Positions 25,326 to 35,771 are shown, counted from the stretch's first letter. The stretch is DNA of 64,000 bases from Myxococcales bacterium (GCA_020633335.1 JACKDU010000002.1:250730-314729); one strand, 5' to 3'. A program made the numbers and translations. The notes: a model not told the origin generated them from the sequence alone.

Positions 25326-28306
25326 GGGGTCTCCTCCACGGTGAAGAAGCGCAGGACGACCGCCTTCTGCCAGCCCGGCTCGGGCTCGACGGCGATCGCC
25401 CCATCGTAACGCGAGAGGAGGTCGACGGTAATCCCCATCCCGCGCTCGACGTAGCGGCCGCGGAGCATCTCGTCCGAGAGCTGCTCCGACGAGCGATCTT
25501 TGATCCGGATCGCCAGCGTCGTCAGGCCGGTGATCTCATCGCACTCGGTCACCAGGTCGACGCCGATCTGGGTCGGCGAGGGCCCGTAGAGGACGCTCGA
25601 GTGGAGCGAGTTGCGGAGGACGTTGGTCAGGATGTCCTCGAGGTCGGTGCGGAAGACCCGGATCTTCGCGCCCTCGCCGGCGACCTCGACCTCGGCGATC
25701 TGGGCCCGGGCGAATTGCGACTCGGCGGCGACCAGGCCGAAGACCTCGCGGATCATCGTCGGCGTCACGTCGACCACGCAGAGCGTCTGGATCAGCGACG
25801 AGAGGCGCTCGAAGGCCCGCCGCCCGAGCTCGTTGCCGGAGCGGGTGAGGCGCTGCGCGAGCTCGAGCTTGCGGCTCCGGAGATCGCCGCGCCCCTCCTG
25901 GATCTCGCCGAGCACCCGGAGGTCCTCGAAGGCCCGGATCATCGGCGAGAAGATCGGGTCCTTGCGCTGGAGGTTGAGGGTGACGCCGTGGGCCCGGCCG
26001 ACCTTCTCGAGCTCGAGGACGTAGCCGAGGAAGCGGCCGTAGATCCCCTGATCGCGGCTCGACGACGCGAGCTCGACCTTCGCCCGCCCCTTGCGCCCGC
26101 TCCCCCCGCCGAAGAGGCGGCGGGCGACGATCGCCGCCCGGACCTCGGCGTCGGCCTCGTCGAACTCGAGCGCGCGGCCGACGTCGACCAGGAAGGCGGT
26201 GTTGTGCTTGAGGATCTCGTGGCGGATAAGCGAGAGGATCCGCGCGACCTCGGGGAAGCTCTTGGGGGCGCGCGCGAGGAGCTGGTCGAGCGAGGCCCCG
26301 CGGAGGCGGCGGAAGATCAGGACGCCGAGGATCGTCAGGAGGCTGAGGAGGACGCCGCCGGCGACCAGGTAGATCCGGGTGAAGAGCGTGTCCATCGCCC
26401 CGCGGAGGAGGAGCGCGCGGTCGTAGAAGAGGTCGTAGGGGCCGGCCTCGGAGATGTAGAGGTCGAGCTGGGCGGCCGCCTCGCGGAGCTCGTTCTCCTC
26501 CCAGAGGAGCGACGCGAGGTGGAAGCGGGCGTTGCGGGAGCCGAGCTCGGCCGCCCGCCGGAGGTGGGCGCTCGCCTCCTCGGGGAGCTCCGAGCGCAGG
26601 AGGATCCCGAGGCGCTCGTGGACGTCGACCTGATCGGCGTCCTTGCCGAGGCTCTCCTCCCAGAAGAGGCGGGCGTCGCCGGGGCGGCCGTCGGCGTAGG
26701 CGACCATCGCCAGCTCGTTGAGCACCTGGGGCTCATCGGGGTACTTGCGGCGCGCCTCCTCGAGGATCCGCTCGGCCTGATCCCAGTCGTCGTCGTCCTC
26801 GTGGCGGAGGTAGGCCTCGTTGATCATCCGCTGGAGGCCGGGATCGAGGCGCCGGAGGTCGGTCGGCGGCTGGATCTCAAAGAGCGGATCCTCGACCCGG
26901 AGCTCGTGGCTGAGGTTCTTGAGCGCGGTCTGGGCGCGCTCGCGCTCGGGGTCGTCGTCGGCCGCGTTCTGGAGGAAGAGCTCGTAGTGGCGGCGCGCGA
27001 GGTCGCGGTCGGAGCGGGCGTAGAGCTCGCCGAGGAGGAGGTGGAGGTTGTTGAGATCGGGGCGGAGGACCAGCGCGCGCTTGAGGTGATCGATCGCCGC
27101 GGCGTCCTCGGCCCCGGCGAACTCCTTCTTGTAGAGGAGGCCGAGGGCGATGTGCGCCTCGTAGTCGTAGCGATCCATCCGGACCGCGAGCTTGAGCTCC
27201 TCGACCGCGTCGGTGAATCGGCGGTTGCGGGCGTGGACCAGGCCGAGCGCGTAGTGGGCCTTGGGGAACCAGGGCGCGTCCTCGACCGCCTTGCGGAGCT
27301 CGGCCTCCGCGAGCCCGAGGTCGCCGCGGCGGAGCGCCGCGTCGGCGATCTGATAGCTCGCCTCGGCCTCGGCGGAGGGCCGCCCGCCCTGCTCCTTCTC
27401 GAGGCGCGCGAGCTCGACCTCGAGCTGGAGCTCGCCGACCACCCGCTCGGCCTCGGCCGCCTCCGGCACCCCGGGGTAGCCCTCGATGAGCTCCTGGAAG
27501 ACCGCGATCGCCTCGGCGAGGTCGCCGCGGGCGCGGTAGAGCTCGGCCTGGAGGCGGAGCGCCGCGACCTTGGGGCGGCGGCCGAAGGTGACGCACTCCT
27601 CGCGGTAGCGCTCGAGCTGCTGGAGCGCGGCATCGCGGAGGTCGCCGGCCTCGCGCCCGGGGCCGCTGGTCTCGGCCTCGGCCGCGTAGATCGCCGCGAC
27701 CATGTAGCGGATCTCGGGCGGCCGGTTGGGCGAGCGCGGATCCTCCTCGGCGAGCTCGCGGGCGAGGTCCATCCGGTCGCGGCGGTAGCGGTCGCCGCAG
27801 AGCGACATCCACTCGAGGACGGTCGAGCGCTCCTCGCTCCAGAGGCCGAGCGGATCGTAGAGGCGGAGGAGGCGGAGGTCCTCGATCGCCCGCCGCGGGC
27901 ACGAGCCCTCGCGGGTCCGCTTGAAGCGGAGGTGGGCGCGGCCGCGGAGCGCCCCGGGGTCGCCGGGCTGGAGGCGCAGGGCCGCGGTGTACTCGCGGAT
28001 CCCGTCGTCGATCTTGCCCTCGCGTTCGAAGCGCTGGGCCCGGAAGAGGTGGAGGTCGAACTCGAGCTGGCGCTCCTCCTGGAGGCGCGCCGGATCGACC
28101 TCGACGCCGCCGGTCGTCCCCTCCCCTGGCTCGCCGAGCCCGGGCGGCCGCGGGAGGCCGAGGGCGCCCGGCGTCGGTGTCGGCTCGGTCTCCGGCGGCG
28201 CCGCGGAAGCTGGCCGATCGACCAGGTGCAGGAGAGCGACGAGCGCGAGCCCTGCCCCCCCGCGCGCGCCCCCGCGGCCGCGCGCCCCGCGACGGAGCCG
28301 CCTCAC
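25322..28306 (-). CDS. TPR-repeat sensor histidine kinase (signal peptide, many TPRs, TM, DHp and HATPase_c)
   Basis: Long TPR array, TM helix IYLVAGGVLLSLLTILGVLIF, H-box-like LSLIRHEILKHNTAF, N-box ILTNVLRNSLHSS, G-box GMGITVDLL. Confidence 0.65.
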   Translation of the reverse strand: MRRLRRGARGRGGARGGAGLALVALLHLVDRPASAAPPETEPTPTPGALGLPRPPGLGEPGEGTTGGVEVDPARLQEERQLEFDLHLFRAQRFEREGKIDDGIREYTAALRLQPGDPGALRGRAHLRFKRTREGSCPRRAIEDLRLLRLYDPLGLWSEERSTVLEWMSLCGDRYRRDRMDLARELAEEDPRSPNRPPEIRYMVAAIYAAEAETSGPGREAGDLRDAALQQLERYREECVTFGRRPKVAALRLQAELYRARGDLAEAIAVFQELIEGYPGVPEAAEAERVVGELQLEVELARLEKEQGGRPSAEAEASYQIADAALRRGDLGLAEAELRKAVEDAPWFPKAHYALGLVHARNRRFTDAVEELKLAVRMDRYDYEAHIALGLLYKKEFAGAEDAAAIDHLKRALVLRPDLNNLHLLLGELYARSDRDLARRHYELFLQNAADDDPERERAQTALKNLSHELRVEDPLFEIQPPTDLRRLDPGLQRMINEAYLRHEDDDDWDQAERILEEARRKYPDEPQVLNELAMVAYADGRPGDARLFWEESLGKDADQVDVHERLGILLRSELPEEASAHLRRAAELGSRNARFHLASLLWEENELREAAAQLDLYISEAGPYDLFYDRALLLRGAMDTLFTRIYLVAGGVLLSLLTILGVLIFRRLRGASLDQLLARAPKSFPEVARILSLIRHEILKHNTAFLVDVGRALEFDEADAEVRAAIVARRLFGGGSGRKGRAKVELASSSRDQGIYGRFLGYVLELEKVGRAHGVTLNLQRKDPIFSPMIRAFEDLRVLGEIQEGRGDLRSRKLELAQRLTRSGNELGRRAFERLSSLIQTLCVVDVTPTMIREVFGLVAAESQFARAQIAEVEVAGEGAKIRVFRTDLEDILTNVLRNSLHSSVLYGPSPTQIGVDLVTECDEITGLTTLAIRIKDRSSEQLSDEMLRGRYVERGMGITVDLLSRYDGAIAVEPEPGWQKAVVLRFFTVEETP

Positions 28307-28310
28307 CGCG

Positions 28311-30005
28311 CTAGTCCCCCTGCTTCCGCTTGAGCTTGCGGAGCTTGATCCCGAGCTGGTTCATCCGCAGCTGGATCTTCCGCCCGGTGTCGGCGCTGCC
28401 GAGGAGCCAGAGCCCCATCTGCCCGAGATCGCCGCCTGCCTGGCTGTAGAGGGCCTCGAGGTACTGGCGCTCGACCGCGCAGGAGACCGCGTTGAGCGAC
28501 TCCTCGGCGCCCAGGCGGATCGTCACCTTGCGCCCCGGGAGGTCGTCGCTCGCGCTCGCCACCTCGCCGCGCTGCGCCCTCGCCATCGGCCGCAGGAGGT
28601 CGCTGACGGTCTTCGGCGGGATCGGCACGACGTCGGGGCGGCTCGCCTTCCCCGGATCCTCGGGCTCGATCTGCGAGGCCCGCTCGACCAGCTCGACCAG
28701 CGTGAAGGTGACGAGGTTCGAGAGGGTCATCTCGAACTGCCGGAAGTTGCCCGGCCACTCGAAGGCGCGGAGGAGCTTGAGCGAGCTCGGGTGGAAGAGG
28801 AAGTGGATCCGCCCCGGCTCGCTCCGGCTCGGCACCGACGAGCCGACGCTCACCGGCAGGAGGCCGCCGCCGCTCGGCAGCCGGAGCCCGCGCTGCTCGG
28901 CGTACTGGAGGACGAGGTCGCGGTTGTAGGCCTCGGAGGCGACCCGCCGGATGAAGAAGGTCAGGAGCTCGGCGAAGTCGTCGGAGCGCTCGGCGAGGCC
29001 CGGCAGGGTGACCGCCGTCGCCGGGTTGAGGCGCATGTAGAGATCCTCGCGGAAGCGGCCGCCGCGGACCAACGACGCCAGATCCTCGTTGGTAGCGACC
29101 ACCAGCTTGATGTCGACGCTCCGCTCCTTGACCGAGCCGACCGGCCGAAAGCTCCCCTCCTGGAGGACCAGGAGGAGCGACTTTTGGAGCTCGAGCGAGA
29201 GGTTGCCGATCTCGTCGAGGAAGAGGGTGCCGCCGTCGGCCCGCGCGAGCACGCCCTCGCGGGTCGCGGTCGCCCCGGTGTAGGCGCCCTTGATCACGCC
29301 GAAGAGGTGGGCGGCCATCAGATCGCTCGGGATCGTCGAGAGGTCGACGGCGACGAAGGGCCCCGAGCGCCCGGAGTGCGGGTGGATGTACTCGCGGACG
29401 ACCAGGCTCTTGCCGGTGCCGGTCGCCCCCTGGATGATGATCGGCAGGCGACCGCGGGCGAGGATCCCGAGGCGGCGCCGGAGGCTGAGCATCGCCGGCG
29501 TCGCCCCCCAGAAGAAGGGCTCCGCCTCGGCCGGCGCGCTCTCCTGCCGGCGGGCGAGGATCCCCTCGATCTGCAGCTTGAGGGAGCGCGCGTCGAGATA
29601 CTCGTCGGCGAGGAGGTAGGTGTAGTCCTCGGCGTGGAGGCGCTCGGCGTCGACCTCGAGGGGGAGGTCGTCGCGCGAGGTCATGACGATGAGCGGCAGG
29701 TCCGGGTAGTCCTGCCGGAGGCGATCGAGGATCTGCAGCCCCTGGGTCCGCCGCAGCCGCTCGATCACCCGCCGGCGATCGCCGCGGGCGAAGAGCGCCT
29801 CCTTGTCGTAGGGGAGGAGCTCGTCCTCGGCGATGTTGAAGTGGACGTCGAGGAGGACGAGGTCGATCGCCGCGCGCTGCTGCCGGAGCGCCGCCGCGGC
29901 CTCGCGGTAGTTGCGGGCAGGCGGCAAGAACTCGTGCTCCGGCATGAAGCGGCGGCAGAGCTCGAGGTAGTTGTCCTCGTCATCGATGATGAGGATCGAC
30001 GACAT
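28311..30005 (-). CDS. sigma54-dependent response regulator (REC-AAA+ sigma54 activator-HTH, NtrC family)
   Basis: REC (ILIIDDE…LLDVHF). Walker A GATGTGKS. GAYTGA variant of the GAFTGA loop. Walker B GTLFLDEIG. R-finger region. C-terminal Fis-type HTH. Confidence 0.85.
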   Translation of the reverse strand: MSSILIIDDEDNYLELCRRFMPEHEFLPPARNYREAAAALRQQRAAIDLVLLDVHFNIAEDELLPYDKEALFARGDRRRVIERLRRTQGLQILDRLRQDYPDLPLIVMTSRDDLPLEVDAERLHAEDYTYLLADEYLDARSLKLQIEGILARRQESAPAEAEPFFWGATPAMLSLRRRLGILARGRLPIIIQGATGTGKSLVVREYIHPHSGRSGPFVAVDLSTIPSDLMAAHLFGVIKGAYTGATATREGVLARADGGTLFLDEIGNLSLELQKSLLLVLQEGSFRPVGSVKERSVDIKLVVATNEDLASLVRGGRFREDLYMRLNPATAVTLPGLAERSDDFAELLTFFIRRVASEAYNRDLVLQYAEQRGLRLPSGGGLLPVSVGSSVPSRSEPGRIHFLFHPSSLKLLRAFEWPGNFRQFEMTLSNLVTFTLVELVERASQIEPEDPGKASRPDVVPIPPKTVSDLLRPMARAQRGEVASASDDLPGRKVTIRLGAEESLNAVSCAVERQYLEALYSQAGGDLGQMGLWLLGSADTGRKIQLRMNQLGIKLRKLKRKQGD

Positions 30006-30079
30006 GGCGGGATCCTACGCGAGCGCGGGCCCGCGGGCCCAGCGCGCCGGAGCGTCGGAGAGCGCGCAGACCACCGGGC

Positions 30080-30508
30080 TCAGCCCTCCTGGGCCCGCAG
30101 GAGGCGTCGGTGGAGGCGGAGGAGCTCCCCGCGGATCGCCCGCTGGGCCTCACGGATCGCCGGCCGGAGCTCGGCGATCGCCCGCCGATCGTCCTCGCGC
30201 AGGGGCGCCTCGGCCCGCCGCAGGACCGCGACGGCGGCCTCGACGGCCTCCAGCTCGGGCGCCGGCAGCGGCCGCGGGAGCTCGTCCGCGAGGCGCTCCC
30301 AGACCTCCCAGGTGGCCTCCGGGGCCCCGTCGGCGCCGCTCCGGGTGCGCAGGAGATCACGCGCGAGCGCGTCGACCAAGGAGTCCCGGAGGGGGCCGCT
30401 CCACTCCTCGTCGTCGAGGTTGGCCGACATCCACGACGAGTACTTGCCGAGGTCGTGCTTGAGGGCGGCGACGATCTCGATCAGCGCCGACGGGTCGAGG
30501 CTGGACAT
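30080..30508 (-). CDS. hypothetical protein
   Basis: ORF with start taken at MSSLDPSALIEIVAAL. No known motif. Confidence 0.3.
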   Translation of the reverse strand: MSSLDPSALIEIVAALKHDLGKYSSWMSANLDDEEWSGPLRDSLVDALARDLLRTRSGADGAPEATWEVWERLADELPRPLPAPELEAVEAAVAVLRRAEAPLREDDRRAIAELRPAIREAQRAIRGELLRLHRRLLRAQEG

Positions 30509-30543
30509 CGCGTCGTCCGACGAGAGCGCGCTCCGGCGGCCGA

Positions 30544-31011
30544 TCAGAGCGCCACCGGGAAGTAGCGGGTCGCGCGGGCGCGGCCGGAGCTGGCGATCCG
30601 GCCGTTCTTCTTCATCCACGTGAGGTAGCCGCGGAGCTCGATGATGTCGATGTCGATCTGCTTGGCGAGCTGGCCGATCGTCAGGGGGCCGCTGGCGACC
30701 GCCTCGAGGATCTGGCGGTAGACCCGGGCCTCGCGGCTCTCGTGGGCGTCGTCGTCGTCGACGGCGGCGCTGGTCTCGGCCCCAGCGCTGGCGCTGGCCG
30801 GCCGCGGCTCGCCGCCGACGAGGCCACGCAGCGCCTCGCCGAGCTCGCGCAGCGTCAGCTCGCGCAGCGAGGCCCCAGCGTCGCTCTTGAGGAGCTCGCG
30901 CAGGGTCATCGACGGCGGCATCCTGGCGACAGTGTTAAGGGCGGCCTTGCGCAGCAGGCTCGCACGATTCTGCTGCAATGCCGACTCAAAGAGCTGGGCA
31001 ATCTCGGTCAT
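30544..31011 (-). CDS. hypothetical protein, possible winged-helix DNA-binding C-terminus
   Basis: LTIGQLAKQIDIDIIELRGYLTWMKKNGRI resembles a wHTH recognition region. Confidence 0.35.
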   Translation of the reverse strand: MTEIAQLFESALQQNRASLLRKAALNTVARMPPSMTLRELLKSDAGASLRELTLRELGEALRGLVGGEPRPASASAGAETSAAVDDDDAHESREARVYRQILEAVASGPLTIGQLAKQIDIDIIELRGYLTWMKKNGRIASSGRARATRYFPVAL

Positions 31012-31184
31012 GAGGACTAGCGCGTTGGCCAGGCGCCGAGAGCACCCGGCGCATCAACGGACTATGCCACCCCACCATTGGGGAGACAAGACGCCCGTGC
31101 GGCGCGGCATACCGCAAAAAGGCGGCGGTGCCAATGCAAAGTCAACGGCGGAAGGCGCCGGAGAAGGCCAAACGACTCGGCCGA

Positions 31185-31886
31185 CTAATTGCAGATGAGG
31201 TAGGGGACCTCGGCGACATAGGTCCCGCACTCCCAGCAGCAGTCGTCGCAGTCGTCGAGCCCGTCGATGCCGACGCCCCAGGTCCGATCGCCCGCGTCCC
31301 CGCCGAAGCAGATGAGCTCGCCCTCCGAGCACTCGATCGCCTCGATCACCTCGACGTCGAGGCCGCCGGTGTAGAACACCGTCTCGGCGCTCGGCCACAC
31401 CCAGTCGCGGTCCTGAGCGTAGAGGCGCCACTCGATGTCGTAGCCGTCGGCGCAGGAGTCGATCACCGACCAGTCCATGACCACGGTCGGGCTGCAGATC
31501 TCGACCGCCTCGTCGGCGCCGTTGAAGCAGTCGACGTTGTCGTCGCAGAGCTGCGAGAGGGGGAGGCAGTCGCCGGTGCCGCAGACGGCGATCGACCCGA
31601 CATCGCAGTAGCAGAGGCCGTCCGAGCAGTAAGCGTTGACGCCGCAGCCGCGCTCGCAGGCGCCGGCCTCGGGCGGCGGCGAGGTCGGCTGACAGCCCTG
31701 ATCGGCCTCCGGGTTGCCGTCGTAGCCGGAATCGCAGACACACACGCCCTTCTTGCAGGAGGCGTGCTGGCCACAGATGTCCTCGCAGGAGCCCGACTCC
31801 CCGGGGTCGACATAGACCGCGCAGCCGAGCGCGAGGCCGGTGAAGGCGGCGAACGCGAGGGACGGGAGCGAGAGGGCGATCCGCAT
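31185..31886 (-). CDS. secreted Cys-rich protein with EGF-like and LDL-receptor class A-like modules
   Basis: Signal/lipobox LALGC. CEDICGQHASCKKGVCVCDSGYDGNP and CERGCGVNAYCSDGLCYC (EGF-like). CLPLSQLCDDNVDCFNGADEAVEIC (LDLa-like CDxxxDCxDxSDE pattern). About 28 Cys in 233 aa. Confidence 0.6.
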   Translation of the reverse strand: MRIALSLPSLAFAAFTGLALGCAVYVDPGESGSCEDICGQHASCKKGVCVCDSGYDGNPEADQGCQPTSPPPEAGACERGCGVNAYCSDGLCYCDVGSIAVCGTGDCLPLSQLCDDNVDCFNGADEAVEICSPTVVMDWSVIDSCADGYDIEWRLYAQDRDWVWPSAETVFYTGGLDVEVIEAIECSEGELICFGGDAGDRTWGVGIDGLDDCDDCCWECGTYVAEVPYLICN

Positions 31887-32017
31887 GGCCCCGGGAGTGT
31901 AGCGCGAGGCGGCGGGGTCGGGGTGACGGAGCGCACGACCTTCGCGGGCGCGGAGCGGCGCGTTCGCCGGCTCGCCGGCCCGGGCGCCGCGCGCCCCGCC
32001 CTGATAGCCTGCCGCCG

Positions 32018-33361
32018 ATGGCTGAGGCTGAGGCTGACCTCGTCGCCCGCGACCGCGACATCATCTGGCACCCGGCGACCCACTTCGACGATCTCGGGCG
32101 CCTGCCGCCGATCGCGATCGCCCGGGCCGCCGGCTGCTGGCTCCACGACGTCGAGGGGCGGCCGATCCTCGACGCGATCGCCTCCTGGTGGACGTCGATC
32201 CACGGCCACTGCTTCCCGCCGATCGTCGAGGCGATCACCGAGGCCGCCGCCCGCCTCGATCACGTGATGTTCGCCGGCTTCACCCACGCGGCCGCGGTCG
32301 AGCTCGCCGAGGCGCTCGTCGCCAGCGCGCCGCCGGGCTACGGCCGGGTCTTCTACGCCGACTGCGGCTCCGCGGCCGTCGAGATCGCGCTGAAGATCAG
32401 CTTCCAGTCGCGCCTCCTCGCCGGCGAGGGCGAGCGTCGGCGCTTCGCCACCCTCGCCAACAGCTACCACGGCGAGACCCTCGGGGCCCTCGCGCTCTGC
32501 GGCAGCGACACCTACCGCGAGACCTTCAGCCCGCTCCTGATGCCGGCGCTCCGCCTGCCGGCGCCCGACCTCGCCAACCACGGCCTCGCCGACGCCGGCC
32601 CTGACGCGGGCGCCGATCACCCCGAGACCGACCGGGCGATCGCCCTCCTCGAGGCCCACGCGGCCGAGCTCTCGGCGCTCGTCGTCGAGCCGATGGTCCA
32701 GTGCGCGGGCAAGATGCGGATGACCGGCGGCGGCTTCTACCGCCGGATCTGCGAGGCCGCGCAGGCCCTCGGGATCCACGTGATCGCCGACGAGATCGCC
32801 GTCGGCTTCGGCCGCACCGGGCGGCTCTTCGCCAGCGCGTGGGCTGGCGTCCGCCCCGACTTCCTCTGCCTGAGCAAGGGGCTCTCGGGCGGGGTCCTGC
32901 CGCTCGCCGCCGTCCTGATCCGCGAGGGCCTCGACGCGCTCTTCCGCGGGGGCCCCGAGCGCTCCTTCGCCCACAGCCACACCTTCACTGGCAACCCGAT
33001 CGCCTGCGCGGCCGGCCTCGCCAGCCTCCGGGCGCTGACCGAGGGCGGCCTCCTGGCGCGCCTCCCGGGGCGCGCGGAGGCGCTCGCGGAGGCGGCGGCG
33101 CGGGTGCGCGGCGCCTGCCCGGCGATCGCCCGCCACCGCCAGATCGGGATGATCGTCGCCTTCGACGTCGACGCCCCCGCGGGGCACCCCGCCCTCCCCC
33201 GCCTCGGCCTCGAGCTCCGACGCGCCGCCCTCACCCACGGGGTGCTGCTGCGGCCGCTCCATGACACCATCTACTGGATGCCGCCGCTCTCGATCGCCGA
33301 CGACGAGCTCGACGCGCTCGCCACCCGGACGATCGCCAGCGTCCAGGAGGTGCTCGGGTGA
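32018..33361 (+). CDS. bioA: adenosylmethionine-8-amino-7-oxononanoate aminotransferase (class III PLP aminotransferase)
   Basis: DAIASWWTSIHGH, class III aminotransferase fold, DEIAVGFGRTG and LCLSKGLSGG (PLP-Lys region). Confidence 0.75.
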   Translation: MAEAEADLVARDRDIIWHPATHFDDLGRLPPIAIARAAGCWLHDVEGRPILDAIASWWTSIHGHCFPPIVEAITEAAARLDHVMFAGFTHAAAVELAEALVASAPPGYGRVFYADCGSAAVEIALKISFQSRLLAGEGERRRFATLANSYHGETLGALALCGSDTYRETFSPLLMPALRLPAPDLANHGLADAGPDAGADHPETDRAIALLEAHAAELSALVVEPMVQCAGKMRMTGGGFYRRICEAAQALGIHVIADEIAVGFGRTGRLFASAWAGVRPDFLCLSKGLSGGVLPLAAVLIREGLDALFRGGPERSFAHSHTFTGNPIACAAGLASLRALTEGGLLARLPGRAEALAEAAARVRGACPAIARHRQIGMIVAFDVDAPAGHPALPRLGLELRRAALTHGVLLRPLHDTIYWMPPLSIADDELDALATRTIASVQEVLG

Positions 33362-34572
33362 GGCGCGCCGTCCCCCTCGCGCTCCTCGCCGCGACCTGCG
33401 GCGGGGTCGCGCAGCCGGGCCTCGACATCGACTTCGGCGGGATCTGCTCGCTCCTCGAGGTCTCGATCGTCGCCCCCGATCTCCTCCCCGGCGTGACCGT
33501 CCACGCGCTCGCGGCCAGCGACGGCGAGAGCGCGGGGTGGGCCCTGGTCGACGACGGCGGGTCGACGCTCAAGCTCCAGCAGATCCCCGAGGGGCCGGCG
33601 CTGAGCACCGGCGTCGCGGTCGACATGGCCGACGCCTTCACGCTCCTGCCGGGACCGGTGGTCGGCGAGGTCTGGGTGACCTTCAGCGGCGCCAGCACCC
33701 TCGAGATCGCCCGCCTCGGCGCCGACGGCACCCTCGAGCAGGCCGATCTCGGCGACTTCCCGGCGCTCGACGACGTCGAGGAGCGGCTCATCTTCATCGG
33801 CCGCGAGCCCTACATCCTCGCGTCGCCGCGGAGCGGCACCGATGACGCCTTCTCCTTCGTCCTCGGCGCCCTCACCCCGGAGCTGGCGATCGGGATGGTG
33901 TGGGACCTCTCGTTCTCGCCGGAGTGCTTCACCGACGGCTCCTCGCCCTGCCTGCCGGCGACCTACCCGCGCCTCCACGTCCTCGACCAGGCCGAGGCCG
34001 ACGGCGTGTCGCCGGCGCTCCTCCTCCTCGAGTTCGAGCGCGCCTTCGAGGGGCTCCCGACCCAGACCACCGGCGTCGCCACCCTCCAGCTCGCCCGCGC
34101 CGCGAACGGGCTGCCGACCGCGGTCAAGCGGGAGTACGTCGATCTCCTCTGGGGCCACTCGACCAGCTCGTTGCGGATCGACCCCGGGCAGATCGCCCGC
34201 GACGAGGCCGGCTACTACGTGATCGCCGGCGTCGTCGCCGACGGGCCGACCCCCGAGGAGCTCGCGCCGGATGATGTCCTTCAGGACAGGCTCCTCCGCC
34301 ACGACATCCTCGACGCGACCTCGGCGATGATCGCCCGGCTGCCGAAGTACACCCACTCGCACCTCCTCCAGCTCACCAGCCAGGTCGCGCTCGGCCAGGC
34401 CTTCGACGGCAACTGGTTCGCCGCCCGCCTCATCGGCTACGCGATCGACTTCGACAACATCAGCGGCGCGTCGATCCGCCCGGGCGCGTCGTTCACCCCC
34501 GCCGGCCGCGGCCACGTCCTCTTCGAGACCGCGAGCGAGACCGCGCTCGGCCGGATCGGCTGCGCGGACTAG
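33358..34572 (+). CDS. lipoprotein, function unknown
   Basis: GTG start overlapping the bioA stop (GTGA). LAATCGG lipobox. No recognisable domain. Confidence 0.5.
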   Translation: MRRAVPLALLAATCGGVAQPGLDIDFGGICSLLEVSIVAPDLLPGVTVHALAASDGESAGWALVDDGGSTLKLQQIPEGPALSTGVAVDMADAFTLLPGPVVGEVWVTFSGASTLEIARLGADGTLEQADLGDFPALDDVEERLIFIGREPYILASPRSGTDDAFSFVLGALTPELAIGMVWDLSFSPECFTDGSSPCLPATYPRLHVLDQAEADGVSPALLLLEFERAFEGLPTQTTGVATLQLARAANGLPTAVKREYVDLLWGHSTSSLRIDPGQIARDEAGYYVIAGVVADGPTPEELAPDDVLQDRLLRHDILDATSAMIARLPKYTHSHLLQLTSQVALGQAFDGNWFAARLIGYAIDFDNISGASIRPGASFTPAGRGHVLFETASETALGRIGCAD

Positions 34573-34697
34573 GGGCTCGACCCAGGCATTTCAGAGGCTG
34601 GCCAAGCGAGGCGGACCGCGCCGCCGCGCTTCGAAACGCGGCGAGCGGGCGAGGGTCTCCCCGCGCCCGCCCGTCGGCTCGTCACGCTCGCCGCCGG

Positions 34698-35489
34698 CTA
34701 CTTGCCGACCGCCGCGTCGGCGCCCTCCGGCTTGAAGAGCGAGTTCTTGGGGACCACCTGGGCACCGGCGCCGCCGACGTCCCAGGTCCACTTGAGGGCG
34801 ATCTCCTCGCTGACGTTGAAGTAGCGGAGGCTGACCGCGTACTCACCCGGCTCCATGTACACCACCTCGCAGACCTCCTTGCTCTCGTGGACGCCGTCGT
34901 TGTCGACGACCAGGGTGTCCTCGATGAGGAGCTGGGAGCCGTCGCTGCTGGTCAGGCAGAGGTTGTACTCGGCGCCCTGGGTGATGTTGAGCGAGCCGGT
35001 GAGGTTGACCGCAAAGGTCTGACCGGGGGCGCCGGCGAAGCGGCCCATGATCTCGAGGTTCTCGACGATCGACGCCGAGGCCGCGTCGCCGAGCGAGGCG
35101 AAGTCGGGGAGCGCGTCGGTGCCCGCGTCGATCCCGTAGAACTGGGCGAGGAGGCCGTGCGGCGTGGTCCGGCCGGTCCGCTTGGGCTTGGTCTTGGGCT
35201 CGGCGGCCGGCTCGTCCGGACGCGGCGGCTTGGTCGCGGCGAGCTTCTTCACGGCCTTCGCCGGGGTGTCGGCGCCGCTGGTGCCCATCTGATCCTTCGG
35301 CTTGCGCTTGCTCCCGCCCCCTTCGGCGGCGCCCGCGTCGGCGTCGCCGCCGTCCGCACCGTCGCTGCCGACGTCATACTGCACCTGCCCCGCGTCCTCG
35401 GGGTTCTGCACATTCGACTGGGAGTTGGAGCTGGCACAACCAAACGCGAGGGCGACGGTGGCGAGAAGGGGGAGAGAGATGCGGCGCAT
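34698..35489 (-). CDS. lipoprotein with C-terminal PA14 domain
   Basis: MRRISLPLLATVALAFGCASS lipobox. Basic/Pro-rich linker. PA14-like region (NLCLTSSDGSQLLIEDTLVVDNDG…GEYAVSLRYFN…LKWTW). Confidence 0.6.
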   Translation of the reverse strand: MRRISLPLLATVALAFGCASSNSQSNVQNPEDAGQVQYDVGSDGADGGDADAGAAEGGGSKRKPKDQMGTSGADTPAKAVKKLAATKPPRPDEPAAEPKTKPKRTGRTTPHGLLAQFYGIDAGTDALPDFASLGDAASASIVENLEIMGRFAGAPGQTFAVNLTGSLNITQGAEYNLCLTSSDGSQLLIEDTLVVDNDGVHESKEVCEVVYMEPGEYAVSLRYFNVSEEIALKWTWDVGGAGAQVVPKNSLFKPEGADAAVGK

Positions 35490-35771
35490 GGGGCTTTCCT
35501 CGGGGGTGCAGGTTAACGTGGGCCCTGAGACGGCCGCAACGCCAGGGAGATTCAGCCCGCGCGACGCGCTCGCCGCGCGCTCGGTAAATCCCGTGAAAAG
35601 ACGTGATCTGGGCCGCAATTACCGCCCCTCTGGCCCCAGGAGCCCGCGCGGCATCGACCCTCGGGCGCCCTCGCGACGATGGATCCCCGGGCCGAGGTCG
35701 AGTATCCAGGCCCTGAGGATGCGGCGATCCCCCGACACGACCGGCGGCCGGGCCCTCCCGAGGGGGCGCCG

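Noticed and set aside
25601-28333. 910-aa + ORF antisense to the TPR sensor kinase; likewise 38284-41421 (+), 46835-48889 (-), 54378-56180 (-), and the N-terminal 470 aa of 44076-45881 (+)
   Set aside because: All are low-complexity translations opposite or out of frame with genes that carry recognisable domains. Only the C-terminal 128 aa of 44076-45881 (a receiver domain) were kept.
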